From contig NOWV01000165.1 in the NCBI GenBank assembly GCA_003344405.1, positions 1 through 64,000 of the forward strand: a stretch of DNA of 64,000 nucleotides, written 5' to 3'. Positions 46,681 to 60,800 of this stretch are shown in pieces. The position numbers and the translations under genes were made by a program. The stretch comes from Trichoplax sp. H2. Lineage: Eukaryota. Numbering within the stretch: the first letter of the stretch is position 1; every line of letters starts with the position of its first letter. A model generated the notes under the pieces. The model did not search any database. It saw nothing but the letters and a program-made list of their open reading frames with translations, and was not told where the DNA came from.

Positions 46681-49600
46681 AGATGCTACAGCATTTTATC
46701 TACTCATATCACGATAAATTACTGTATATCATGTATGGTAGTTCATAATATTATTCTTATAAATTAATACGACGGATAGGCAGATGATAGGACTCCACTT
46801 CACCTTGTTGCAGCCATCAAGTAAATGGAAATTATCAGAATATTATTATCAAATTAGGCACCCATCAATTATCAAGATGCAAAAGGAAGGACAGCTCTAC
46901 ACATAGCTGCTTCTTTCGGACATGAAAATGTCATGGAAGTCCTGATCAAAGCTGTACTACAGTCTATAAATTTTGCAGTCACCAGTTAGCTGCTAAATGG
47001 TCTAAGCAGATCTACTCAATCATTTGTATTGAAAATTTGCTCAATTTAGTAGCGTAATTTTCTGAAATATTACGAATATCTAGCTATTAACAACTTTGCA
47101 ATACTCCGTTGTATCCTTAGCTACTCAAATGGACTATACTCACAGCAGTCGAGTTAGAAATATCATAGTTAATAGTTGAATCTGAGTTGGGAAATTAGAC
47201 TTTGCCATTTCTGTTTACTTTTGTGATACTACAACAGTGTAATAAGCCACTTAGTAATCATGTGCAAATCTATCCAACAAGTGTTAGAATTAATCAGTGA
47301 TAAATTGGCTATGTTCTTGCCAGTCAAACGGATGAACCATTTTCAAATCAGTACTAATATTTGAGCTAAACGATTTTAGGGGGCAGACTAACAGGTTACT
47401 GATTATAGAATGTAACCTACATTTTTGTATGCTGTGAGAAAAGGCCAGTTACAGGCAATTAAGTTCTTGCTTGATAAAGAAATTAACATCGAAATAGTTA
47501 ATAATCAGCTCAAGACTTGCTTATACTTGGCAGCAATTCTTGATAATGAAGACATTTTAATTACTTTCGATAAATTTATGCCGAATGTCACCGATTTTAA
47601 AATTAAATGCAAAAAGGTCTATAAAATCAACTGTTGATATATTAATTATAGAATGGAGGTAAAATTTGTATTAATAGAAACGACATTTGGCCAACACCAA
47701 ATCATCATGCACCTAAAGATGGAAATGATAAAGTATTTCTTTAAAGATTTCGTACTGTTACAAATATAAAAAATATCGATTTTATTTACCATTTATGTAG
47801 CCATGAAATTAATATCAATAAGAATCTGAAGTGCAGTACTACAGAGATTAGACTAATCAACTAGCAACATGTTATAACCGGTCAACCTTCCTTTCTTCAC
47901 TGTAGTAAAATTCTATTTACGGCACTTTACTACAAATTTAGCAGAGCAGAATTTTCTAGCAAGTAAGTTTTAATCTTCTAAACCTCTATATGTATATTAG
48001 AAGCTTCTATTAGCATAGTCTAGTATTTATGATTGGAATCGTATTCATTTCTGACCAAGGTCGTAAAAATCTTAATCTCTAATGGAGCGAACGCTATTGA
48101 TTTAGATGGCAATGCAAATATACCATTTCATTTAGCATGCAGGTAAGTTATACTGTATATTTATAATTGCGCAAAACTACTAAAAATTATATTTAGTGCG
48201 CGTAGAAAATAGTTAATATAACACACGTATTTATCAATAAGATTAACTGCCAACGTACAGTTCATGTAAGTCGCCGGAAACTGCAGTGGATAATTTAATT
48301 ACTGTGAATCAATCTTACTGCCATAAGACCATGTCATAATTTCATAGTAATTAATGTAATCATAATCTAAGATGATTAAATAATCATATATGGGGACCGC
48401 TAGTATACCTGTAACTTGTAATCTTAGTAATGTAATAGCATTCTGGTTTAGAAGATAAATAACACTTAGAGGACGTATCAAGTCTTGTATACATACGCAC
48501 ATATCATTGCGAGTACTAATATTTAAATAGTCAGTATTCGAGTACTCGGGACTCGGTTATTTTTTCAGTACTTGGACCCGAGCGTTCACGATTGTTAAAT
48601 TCGAGTTTCTCTCAGGAGATTACAAGTCCTAAATTACCAGCTAAAGAACTTTAGATCTACGCGTATTACGTTACTCCTAGCATTTAATTCCGTTCAGTGC
48701 TGTAAGTAGTGAAATAAAGTAGTAGTAAAATAAAGTAGTAGTAAAACAGAGGTTGCTAAGTTTGTTTATGATTCAGTAGAGCGAGTACCTCGTGAGCTAT
48801 CTCGGCTCCGTCTACTTAATATACAAGTATACGGAACATTAGCATCTGTGTCATAAATTATTCTTAATGTTGAAATGACTCCCGGCTAAGATAAACCAGA
48901 CAATTATCCTGATACGTGGACTGTAGAATTATCGTGCAGATTACTAATATTTTCTATAGTACCAAGTACTTATGATTAGATAATCCCTTTTTTGGTTAAT
49001 TCTGAAAGAATCTTAAAATTTACGCGGCACTACAAGCATACATTTCATTACATAAATAGCCAACCTCAATAGTAAGTTCATACAAATGAATACTCATTAT
49101 AATAACATGATATTTTATAATATTTATCATGTGTCCTATTAAAGTCATCTTAAAGATCAGTAACGTCTACATCTTTTTCTTTATTCAATCGTTCAACCAA
49201 ATTTTTTGTGTACGATACTGTACTTTCGTAAATATAGTATGTCAATATTTTAATTAGCAACAACATTGATTGTTGTTCTTTCTAAGACTGTAGCTATTAT
49301 CGTACAGAATCAATCCCCTAATGCCCATCCGTACATGGCACCTTGTGAATAGTAATTCTGGTCACGACATTGCATATTTTTCTACTCTAAAATTGCAGCT
49401 ATTGCAGCGTTAGTTAATCTCTAACGTTTATCTAAATATTATTTTGTTGCTTTAGTAAAGTATAATTATCTATCTATCATTATTCTATCAAGAGACTGTA
49501 CTATAGTTTAATTGTGCTACCAATTTATAATAGGCCTTTACAAATTGACAGACTGCTCATCTTAAATGATAATTCGTACTGATCATAATTAAAGGCTCTT

Positions 49601-51881
49601 CACATACAGTATATTCCTTTTAATCTAGAATTAAAAACCATATCCAATTAATTAAATAAATCGATCAAGTTAACACTGCAGCAGCATGGTCGATCAAGAC
49701 TAAATATTAAATAATTACTATCAAGAAAATTTAAATATTCCTTTCTTCGTAAATTATATAAACATCCTGTGCATTGAGTCTAATACGAGTACAGTCAAAC
49801 TTCATAATTCATTGACATGTCGTTCAATAATTACTTTAATATTTCACTTCTTGATACAAATCAAACTTTGGGCCATCATTGAATCAATGACTTATAAGAC
49901 AGATTAATTAACCTAATACTTCTATTTTGGGTAAATTTTATGTACTTAAAATGATTTTTCCTAGTCGATCCTTTGCAGAATAAAATTGATAAACTCATAT
50001 AAACAATTTTTTTATAATAATGTTGGTTACAATCAACTTCATTATTCCATAAATAATTTTGAGATTCTTAACATTTTTTATTGACTCTCTTTCAATAAAA
50101 CCAGCTCTATAAACTAGCAAGTTGGTCTTTAATTAATTTTATAGGATGGTAACTTTACAATACCTTGACCTAGTTATCAGAGTTTCTAATAATATGGAGA
50201 ATGTTGTCATTAATATCGGATAATATTAATCCATTTCACCACGTATACCAAGATCAAAATTCGGTTATACATCGTAGTATTCAGCAAACTTAATTCTTCT
50301 CATGTATCGAAAGCTTTATATCAATGGCGTTTAGCACACATTATGATACAACTTTAGTGTTATCAGATATTTACATTGTTGCAGCTTAATAATTGCTGCA
50401 TCATAGTATAATGAGTAAATAAAAGTCATCGACTTATTAAGTCATCATTTTAGAGCAAAGCGTAATTAATCTCAAATAAATGTAATACAACCAGCTGTGA
50501 CACAGTTCTAAAATGCATTCGATGTAACAATTAGCAAGTTAAAGTATTAAAATAAATCCTTTCTTTTGATTCACGATCAATTCTATTGCTGCAAATCAAT
50601 ATTTTCTGATACTAGGCTTTGTTTTTTAAATACAAATTGATAACTAAACAATCAATGGCTGATTTTATTACTGACTCGTACAACCTTACGAATGTTAAAA
50701 ATATCGCGGATTAATTTAATATAAAGCAATAGAAATTGTCTACTGATTTATCCTTTTCGTTGCATTGCACCAGTGCTAAATTTGTCCTAGTTGAAACTAT
50801 CCATTAAGGGTGGAACAGATTTAAATCTGTATCTGTCTAACATGATTATTCCTTTATGCAGCAGATTAATTAAGATATCGATTTTAAATTTAGCAGACCA
50901 AGAGTTAGCAACAATCAGTTAGCCGTCCCGTTCTTTACCATTTACATCGATCATAAGGCACTGTTGTCTAAAATGAATACCGTCCTCGATATCTATTTCT
51001 TTTAACAGAATAGTCTTGTGAATTAGCTGAACAATTTCTGATTGTATGTTGCTTTAGATTTTAGCTCAATTAGATGGTTAATGATGGCCCAGAGGTACCA
51101 TTACAATAAATCTATGTTACAACTATAACATAAGACATAATCAGTCAAAAGTATTTAACCGATAACACCGATTAATTCAAATCCATAACAAAGAATTCAT
51201 TCTTTTTTATGAAATCACGTTCTGAGTTATTCATTAAATCAACGGTTGATTATAATTATCACTACCAATCTAAATTTACATAAGGTTATATGAATAAAGG
51301 CCTTAAATCATCAACAGAGAGCGCTTCCATGGCCCTGTGTGTTAGGATTGTTTTGATAGGCGATCAGAACACACCTCACGATTGGAGACAATCGAGTAAA
51401 AAAAGAAAATCAATAGCCATGACGGCCATAGCGTGCATCCATATTGAAGACTTCATTATTTCTATTATGTCGGCAGCTTGATTAATTCAAGTTTGTTACG
51501 TAAGCTGTATTGTTTTTTTTAAAAGAAGGCTAGTATTTACTGGTCATGTTTTGGTTTACTTCGACATATTAGTTGAGTAGATGGCAGCAAGAGAGTGATA
51601 TATTTAGGCTTGGTTCTAACATAGTGTCAAAAGCAAATGCCTGTTGATCCAGTAAATCCAGACTACCACAGCTTGAGATCTATTTTGCATTATCAGATGA
51701 CGATTTAAGATAATTTTCTCTAATATAGGTTACAAATAATCGAATGCTTGAATAAGTTTGCAATAAAGTGCATTTAGACTGATTCAATATATTCTGTAAA
51801 AGATCAAGATTGAAGATCTTCAACTTATTTTCAATTGATCTTTATTCATGGATTAATCTGGCATTAACTTGATATATCAAG

Positions 51882-54800
51882 ATGATGAAGTATAGAAAGA
51901 AATTCAGCGTGGCTAGTAAATTATCAAGTTCTCACAGTGTCTTTAATGTAAGAAAATGATTTATAGCATTTTATATTAAATCACTATTTTCAATTTAACC
52001 GGAAGAAATAGATACGAGTCGTATTGAATTAGGATAAGAATTTCGTTCTGATCACAACGTTAAGACATATTGTTTATTTTTTATTTGCAATCAAAGTAAT
52101 CTTGAAATCTTACTAGTACAGACTAAGTTATAGTCGAACAAGATATTCATTGTTTTTAATAAATTTATCTATTTTACCGTTATCAAATTATGATTCGATG
52201 GCCATCGATGATTTAAAGTGGAAAGTTACGATTGAAATTGGTAGTTTATTAACTCAGTGTTATGATAGCCTATACTAGTTTAGCGTTATCGAAAATTTGA
52301 ATTCTAATATAGTCACAAACTTACGATGCGAATTACTACACTAAACTAATAGATTACTTATGCCTTGCTCCACTACACCTGGAGATCTACAGTATGGTAG
52401 TTCTTAACTACTTACGGTCACACAGGGATAAGACTGTTCTAAAAGATTAGTATAGTTTTTATTAGTACCAATATGATCCATTAGATAAATACTAACAAAA
52501 TCTATTTAATTGGCAAGTACGGTGCTTTGCTCCGTAGCAATTATGTACTAGATTGAGAGAGTAACTGCTTGCTTACCTCTGTAACATGTTTTTATCGCGA
52601 CTTAAGGTTATGATTGTAATCAGTAGCTTATTAACTCAGTACTATAATGGCAAATACTAGTTCAGCGACACAGATTTAAATTTAAATGCAATGGATTAAG
52701 ATGGTAACTGCTTGCTCGCTCCTGTAATATGTTATTACGGGAACTAACCGTTACGATTAGAATCAGTAGTTTATTAACTGAGTGATACGGTGGTAAATAA
52801 TAGTTTAATGATACAGATTCGAGCTCAAATATTACGTATTGAGATAGCAGATCTTTTTTTTACCCTTTTAATAATAGTAACTAAAGGTTACGGTTTGAAT
52901 TGATGGTTTATTAACTCAGCATAACGATGGAAAATATTCGTTTAGCGATATAGGTTTAAATTAAAATATTATAGATTGAGATACTAGCCGCTTATTAACT
53001 CCTGTAACTACTATCCGCTGTTATACAGTCGCTCCTTTAACGCAATACAGTGCATTACTAGGTCAAGCGATAGTTTAGCGGTATAGACTAGGACAGCTAT
53101 TGGTGGCTTTTAAACTTTATATGATAATATGGCTAGAATTAATTTAATGCTTCATGTATAATAGTAACTTATAATTAGACATTCTCGTTATGACAACAAT
53201 CATCAGTTGAATCGTAATTGCAATAACAGTTTGAAATAGTTAAATGTTATCTGATGGTATTATCGTCAGTTTAACGCCGTGCGCGATGAAAGAAAGATAT
53301 AGTTTAATCCTTTGTGTCGTATTCACAAGTAGTAGTATTTTGCAACTAAGCGCATATATGACGGCATTTAGTAGTTTAGCACCAGACGTGGTAAAAATAG
53401 TTTATTAATTAATAATGTTTTGGGTCTGGTAGCAATTGATAGCGTTTTTCTTGTAATGGTTATCGATAGTTTATGTCTTAATAGTTAGGCGAACGACTGT
53501 TGATAGCCATAGCAAATGTCATCGTGATAATTATATATATATATAATCAATACGGTAATTAAAACTATCTGCAGCCAGTGCAAGTGGAAATTTGATTCCA
53601 TATGCTTAGCAATAGTTGTATCTACTTGATTAACCCTTTATAGGATAATTAGAAGGGGGTTTGGGAATACTATATATGCTATAATTGCAATCAGTAGTTT
53701 AACATTATTTATTTTGGTAGTACCGTATGGGATAATTTTGATGCCATCGGCATAGATTATGATAGCAGCCGATAAGTCTGACTACTTGCTTTACCGCACA
53801 AAGATACCGTAAGTTAATTAAATGCATAATATACAGTAAACAGTTATTGCTATTTCTAGATACGCAGTGATTACAATTCCTAGTTTATAGAAAACTATAA
53901 TTGGCTATATATAAGAATAGCAATGGCTAGTTCAATGCTCTATGTAATGAATAAAATGCCTGAAGATCTCGTTAAAAAGTCCTGTATCTTTGCTTAACAC
54001 AGTATGCACATAACGGTAACAATCGATACTTCAGCGCTATACCTATATTATGGTAATAGTTGGTGATTTGAAATCATTATTTTGGTCATAGACCATAAAA
54101 TAATGCACTTTTCTCATTTAATAATAACTTACATCTATGTCATCTTACATAATACTCGTATACATGCTGAAATATCGCGTCTACAAAGTTTGGTCTGATG
54201 TTAAATTGGCTTACGAGCATATTTGCTGATACTCTTTTGTCATCCTATTTAGGCGGCTAAATCAGGCGATGTCAGTCTGATCCAGCTATGTAATATCCCT
54301 TCATCGGATTATTCAATCCTTAATTCTGAACAGGATGAATATGGATTAACGCCGTTGCATTATGCAGCCAAATTTAACAATATCAATGCAATAGAACACT
54401 TTCTAAACCGTGGAGCAGGTTAGTAAAAATAAGTAGTAAATATAAATCGAAACATTAACTATTTTTTATATACCATAACTTACTTCGTTGATACAATAAG
54501 ATGGAGTATACAGTAGCAATAAACAATTTTAAGTATCGTATATAAAATAATATAGGTGAATTTAGATTTATTAGATAAACGTTGAGTAGCCAAACGGCAT
54601 TTGTGGATGCATTCATAGCTCTATGCCTGGTATCTTAATTTATGGACTAGTAGTTATAGAGCGAGCCATTAAATACTGATACGCTTAGCTTAGCTTTAGC
54701 GGATAGAACCCATTGATGATCTTAAAATAATAATTAAGTGTCTGCACGCATAGATAAATTGAATTGGCTAGGATTGTAAACGTTTTGTAGATCAGTAACA

Positions 54801-57800
54801 GAGCAGGTCCACTTTAATATTGATGGATAGGAAGTGTATCTAGGAAAATAAACATAGCTTAAACTAAATTGATGCTAAGACTCTCTAGCTACTGTGAATT
54901 CTTCCCTTATTTACTGTAATACTTTAATTCTCTTCTTGGTCAATCTTTCCGTATGTCAATATTTTAGATGTCAATATTAGGGGACATTATGAAGTTACTC
55001 CACTTTATATGTCTGCTAGATATAATCATATCGAAGCTGTAGAAGTTCTTCTCAAACATGGTGCAAATCCAGAGATCAAAGATAGCGAAGGGGATACTGC
55101 ACTTCATATTGCGGCCAAATTAGGATTCCCTGACGTCTGCAAAGTGAGTACTTATTCGTAACTAGATGATCTTGATCTATCGTGATATCTCTATATTTTT
55201 AACTGATTTTGGCGCATAGGCTCATTTACTATTAATTCATGCAACGTTTAGATACTGATCAATAAGAAACCTTCCTTAGTTAATGAAGATAATAACGATA
55301 TGTTATCGCCTTTACATCTTGCTTGTAAAAGAAATCGGTTTCTAGTTTGCCAATTGTTGGTAAGTTCATTAGTTAATGAAAGAAAATTACGGTATAGTAT
55401 AGCCTTCGCATCTTACATGTAAAAGAAATCGATATTTAGTCTGTCAGTTGTTTTTAAGTACTACTAAAGCAGACAGAATTGAAAGTCAGCAGTGCTGATG
55501 CTATTTTAAGATCAAAAGAAAACTATTTCTTTCCATCTTTTTTACTCTATGACAATTTACTGGCTTAGATTGAAAATGCTGCTAATGTAACTCATCGATC
55601 CGTTGATGGTAGTCTACCCATTCATTTTGCAGCAGCCAAAGGTGGTAAAGATATCATCAACTTGCTATTAGATGTTGCAGCGTTAAGAAATATACGCGAA
55701 GAAGACCATTTAGGTCTGATGGACTATGATGGTAGAACAGTGCTACATAAAGTTGTCACTAGTGGTAACATATCCGTGAGTTTAGCTTCCAATTTATCTT
55801 TAAACATGTTTACTAATGCATGTTCAAGCCTTGCCAAGCATTAATTATAAGTTAAAATTTAGCTAGTTCGTTGTAAAATGTTATAACATCATCGTTCAAA
55901 TCTTCACCTAAGCATTTCTCCGATATTTTGCAGTTAATTTAACCAATCGTAAGCAAATCGATATGACTGGTCATTAATATTGCAACTAAATTTATAGTTT
56001 GATACTTAGTTTATTATTAAATTGGCCGATTGCAAATTTAGACGAAGAATAGTACTTAGTAGAGAATCATATCAAAAGGATAGACGATAATATAAAATAA
56101 TTAACTTCTATCTAATTGCGACACCGTGTAATGATATTTCACACGTTCATGTCGAATTTCTACTGGTCAGAGTATTTTGATCATTTTTAAAATAGTACAA
56201 TACTTATTTCTATTAATTTAGGCTATTCTAATATGCATTAGGAGAGGTGCGAACATAATGGCATCACAGGTAAGGAAAATAACCTTGAAATGTCGCTTAT
56301 TGAGCTTACCGCAGAGCAACAAATTACATGCTGGCCTATTCTTGGATTTATCATTTTGCCTTCTATTTTAAATATTCATTCTAATTTGAGCCTATTTCAA
56401 GATCGGCTAGTATTAACCATCCAACATTATTCATTAATTGCAAAATTTTGAATAGGCTATATCAACTATACTGATACATATTAACTAAACTTATAATAAT
56501 CAATTCTTACTTGTAGAACAACGGAAGTACGCCGTTACACCTTGCTGCCAGTGGCGGATGTCACGTAGTCTCTAAGGTCCTTATTCGTCATGGAGCTAAA
56601 GTCAATGCGAAATGCGAGTTAGGAATAACTCCATTGCACTTAGCTTCTTCCTTTGGTCACATTGAAGTCATTAAGATACTGTTAGCGGAAGTAAGTACCG
56701 GTAGTTTATAATATTATGAAATAAGGGTATAGAGTAGGCGATGTGCAGGCCTCATTTCGCCTTCGTGAAGTTTGATCGACTGGGTATGATCTTTTGATAA
56801 AATTTTTCATTTACTGCAACATTTCTCTTGTAGGGAGCTGATATCAACGCGGTCGATAACAAATTTCAAACACCATTAATGTTTGCCACTGAAAACGGCA
56901 GTCTAGAAGCGATTAAACACCTTATTAGCCAAGGAGCTGATACTACCAAGGTCGATGATCAAAATAGAAACTGCTTACATTTAACCTGTCGCGGAGGACA
57001 TGATATTATACTTCCATATATTCTTCAGGTACAGGCATTTAAAATCTGCAGTTTCTACTCTAACAGTTTAGAATTAGAAGTTTATGAGTAAATCGAAAGA
57101 TAATCCTAAAAAATTACGTTAGTTAAATTATTAAGTCGTGGAGGACATGATATAAGATTTCCATATATTCTCCAAGTATTGGTATTTGAAAACCTGCAAT
57201 TTTAATTCTTAGAGATTATAGTCAGAACTTGATAAGTAAATCGAAAGGCAATCATAAGAAATTACGTTAATTAAATTATTGATCATCGAAAATGGATGTT
57301 ACATAATAGTTTCTTTAATTCAATTTCGATGGATATCGGTGCCGACAGGCTGAAGGAAAAGATCATATCAATGACACAGATTGCCTAGATAGGACTGCGC
57401 TCCATTACGCTGCAGAAGAAGGTTATCGCAAGGTAAACAAGGATACGAAATACCACTTGAAAAGTCTCAATAATATCGACAAGATTTGATATAAATGACC
57501 AAATCTTCCTTTACATTCCCTATCAAACTGCAAATAGATAATAGCAACTTTGTTATCCAGTGGAGCTACATTTGAAATCTCTGATGCAGATGATAATCTA
57601 CCAATTCATTTAGCGTGTCGGTACGTTAGAAAACAATTAGATTGCTTATTCTATCAAATATTTTCCGGCATAGGTTACATTAGTGGCTAAATACTATAAT
57701 AAACGTCTTGAAAGATGTCTATAACTATAATTGATGGCACAATCTTAATGAATTGACGTTGGGAGTATTGTGTTATCCAATGCTGCTAGAATATCAGATC

Positions 57801-60800
57801 TCAGTCAGAACATCAACAGTGCTGTTGTCGTCTTTGAACTATAGCTATTTTGTGATTGATCTTCCATTAATAGAAATGCTGATCTTGCAAGTGTGAAGGT
57901 CCTATGTGCTAAGTCGCTAACACATTTAAACAGTCCTGGTGAAAGATCACGAACACCTTTACATCAAGCCATCGTCAATAACAATATTCCTGTAGTTCAT
58001 TTCTTGATCAAATTCGGAGCAAATATTAACAAAAGGTACGGCATCTAAATAGCATCGTGATTAATAATACCGGCTAATTAATTATAAATGTGAATTTCAT
58101 AACTGATTTTCCGAAACGAATACTACTATAACAGTCCAGATTGAATCGGCTATCTCTCGTCTATTTCACATCTATCACATGATTCATAGTTTATACGTAT
58201 ATTATTTTAAATTGTAAATTCTAGGTGATTTGCAGTAAGCCAGCCATTTTCATAAGATATTGACTTCATTTTAAAGCACCGTAAATAGTACATTTTATCA
58301 ATTTTCGTTATACTGTACATCATTTAATGTTGAACATGATTGAACAGAGTTAGAATGCTTGATTAATTTGATAATTATTAAATCCTTTATAACTTTACTA
58401 GACGAGATTTATGCATGCAAATATCTTGCATGTTATCATCATAATTAATATTTATTTCATGTTACTACTGTATATTAAAAATTGTTGGATTACATTCTGA
58501 TATTAGCTAATTATAATTGCAATAGGGACGGTAGCTATCATACACCATTATATCTGGCGGCAGAAAGAGGGTTTTTCGATATTGCAAAAGCATTAATTGA
58601 TGCTGGAGCCTGCATTAATGCAAAGCTAATCGACGGTGTATGTAATATTTTATGAAGATACCATCTAGAAAACAATTATGTGAAATATTACACTGTTCAT
58701 GATTCTATGACTAGCTCATTCAATGAATTATCATTCACCTTTAAATGACAATATATTGTTATTTATCGATTAGCAAACGGCATTACATGCTGCTGCAAGA
58801 AAGGATGATGTAGAAATTACAGAGTTATTGCTCTCTAGCGGTGCAGATATAACCCGAGATTTAAATAATCGGACATGTTTAGATGTGGCCATTAAACATC
58901 AAAGTAAAAATGCTGCTCTAGTTATCGTTAAGCAAGCTAAGTAAGGATAACATGACAACCATTATTGTATTTAAGTCGAAATTATTTCTATCAATAGGGA
59001 ATGATAAGGCTAAAATCTGAGTTCTTAGCTAAATTAATGCGTAAAGCAGTCATTTAAATCTAAGTTTATGATATTTTACATCTTAGAATTGCGAATATCT
59101 TACAAAAAGTTGATAACGAAGGCAAAACTGTTTTCCAACGATTAGTTGAAGTTTTACCTGAAGTTGCGGAAGTAAGCAGAACTGCACGTGGTTATTCAAT
59201 ACTTTAAAGCTTTACCAAGCCCTATTTTACTTAGATTACCTATGATATCTTTTATCCAATATAGGTTGTGATGGATCGCTGTATAGTTCGTCCTAAATTT
59301 AAAGAGAAATATCAACATTACACGGTAAGTTGGATTACGCTATTCTCCATTCTTCTATAATTTTGATATCTTGCTAAAATAAGTCAAAATTAGGTGCATG
59401 CATATAGCGGATAGTTCATTATTTTGGTTTATATCCCGCCCTACCACCCCATAATTTTAGTTCGCTTACATTTTTAATTATTTAAACAATTGCTGTCCGT
59501 ATTTTTTAGATTAGTAATTCTCGAACTATTTTTAGGTCAAATATGATTTCTCATACATCGATCCAGGACCAGCTTTCGAGGAAGAACATAGCACTACAGA
59601 CATAGAAACCGATAAAATTATTTCTATCAGATGCAATGCATTACAAGTATGCCACGTGTTGCTTAAGATACCTATGTACCGATGAGAATGATAGATAAGA
59701 TACCTTATAAATTTGAAAGACTTAGCGATACATAAATAAAATGGGCGATATTATACAGTTGAATGGAATGAGCATCCTTATATAAATACGTAGAAGATAC
59801 GAATTCAGTAATATATTTTATATCTTGCTTATTTACGCATTATTCTGATTCATTTTATAGACTATGAAGAAGCTCAAACGAAGCAATCTTGTTAGTCATG
59901 AACTATCCCGAGCTGTTCTCGATCATAAATGGTAAAGAAAGATATTGACAATCATATTAATGCCAGTTAATCTGATCATGTTAATAAACTGATTAACGGA
60001 ACATTAATTAAATTTACTTACATTTATAGTCATATATATATGTTACACATATATTGACATATGATGCAAATTTTTGAATGCATATAAAACACGTTATTCA
60101 TAAGTAACATTTTACATGAATTTGGATAGCTAATGCAGTTGTTAATTAACATTTACTTTACTACATAAGTCATTTTATGACTCTTCTATTATAGAATGAC
60201 TCAAGCTATTTATTACTATTGACAAAACTAGGAGAACCTTTGGCGCCTACTTTTTCTTTCTCAATTTGGCCATTTATTTGACCTATCTATTTCTTCTGAC
60301 TTACTTTGCCATTCAATTGAAGGCAGCTCCTAGAGCGAATAATTATAGTTCAGCCTTTGCTGCACCTACCATATCAACTCGGTCCAGACTACTAGTAACA
60401 ACTATGACGAGTCTATTGAAAACTAGTAATCCGGCAATAAATACATCTCAAATTACAACAACGATTGAGCCACTAGATAAGGTAGAATTGCTAGATTCGT
60501 TCTCTGATACTAACAAAAATATGCGGACGACCTTAACTCTATTTAAAGAATGCTAACTAACTTCTTTATTTAGCGTATCAATAAATGTAAGTAGTTCTTC
60601 TATCTACCAACTATGCATTCCTAAATGATGAGATAGGAATAGTACGATACGTATAGAGAACCCATAAATGTATACATGGAATGTACAGTAAAATATAACC
60701 ATCGTCATTACCAATCATAACAAGAATTATTTCCTATTATTCTTTACTGAATTTACACTTCAAGGTGATAGCTTTAATGTCGATCTATAATTTAACGGAA

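Larger units (their letters stand above)
44180..48142 (+). pseudogene. TRPA pseudogene (ankyrin repeats ~1-13 only), disrupted and 3'-truncated
   Basis: Exon remnants at about 44180, 44529, 44891, 45295, 46320, 46780, 47380, 47652 and 48060 follow the same order and splice phases as paralogs A and B. They carry in-frame stops (DH*GY, LC*, IK*ME, SN*AP, GAD*Q, RM*P, HLD*ED, RAV*GG), frameshifts (~45340, ~46332) and an LTR insertion. No channel-domain exons were found before paralog B. Confidence 0.9.

Noticed and set aside
44180..48142. Stop-codon recoding or selenocysteine in the middle TRPA copy
   Set aside because: The stops are a mix of TAA and TAG and come with frameshifts, degenerate ankyrin motifs and an LTR insertion. 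This is ordinary pseudogene decay.
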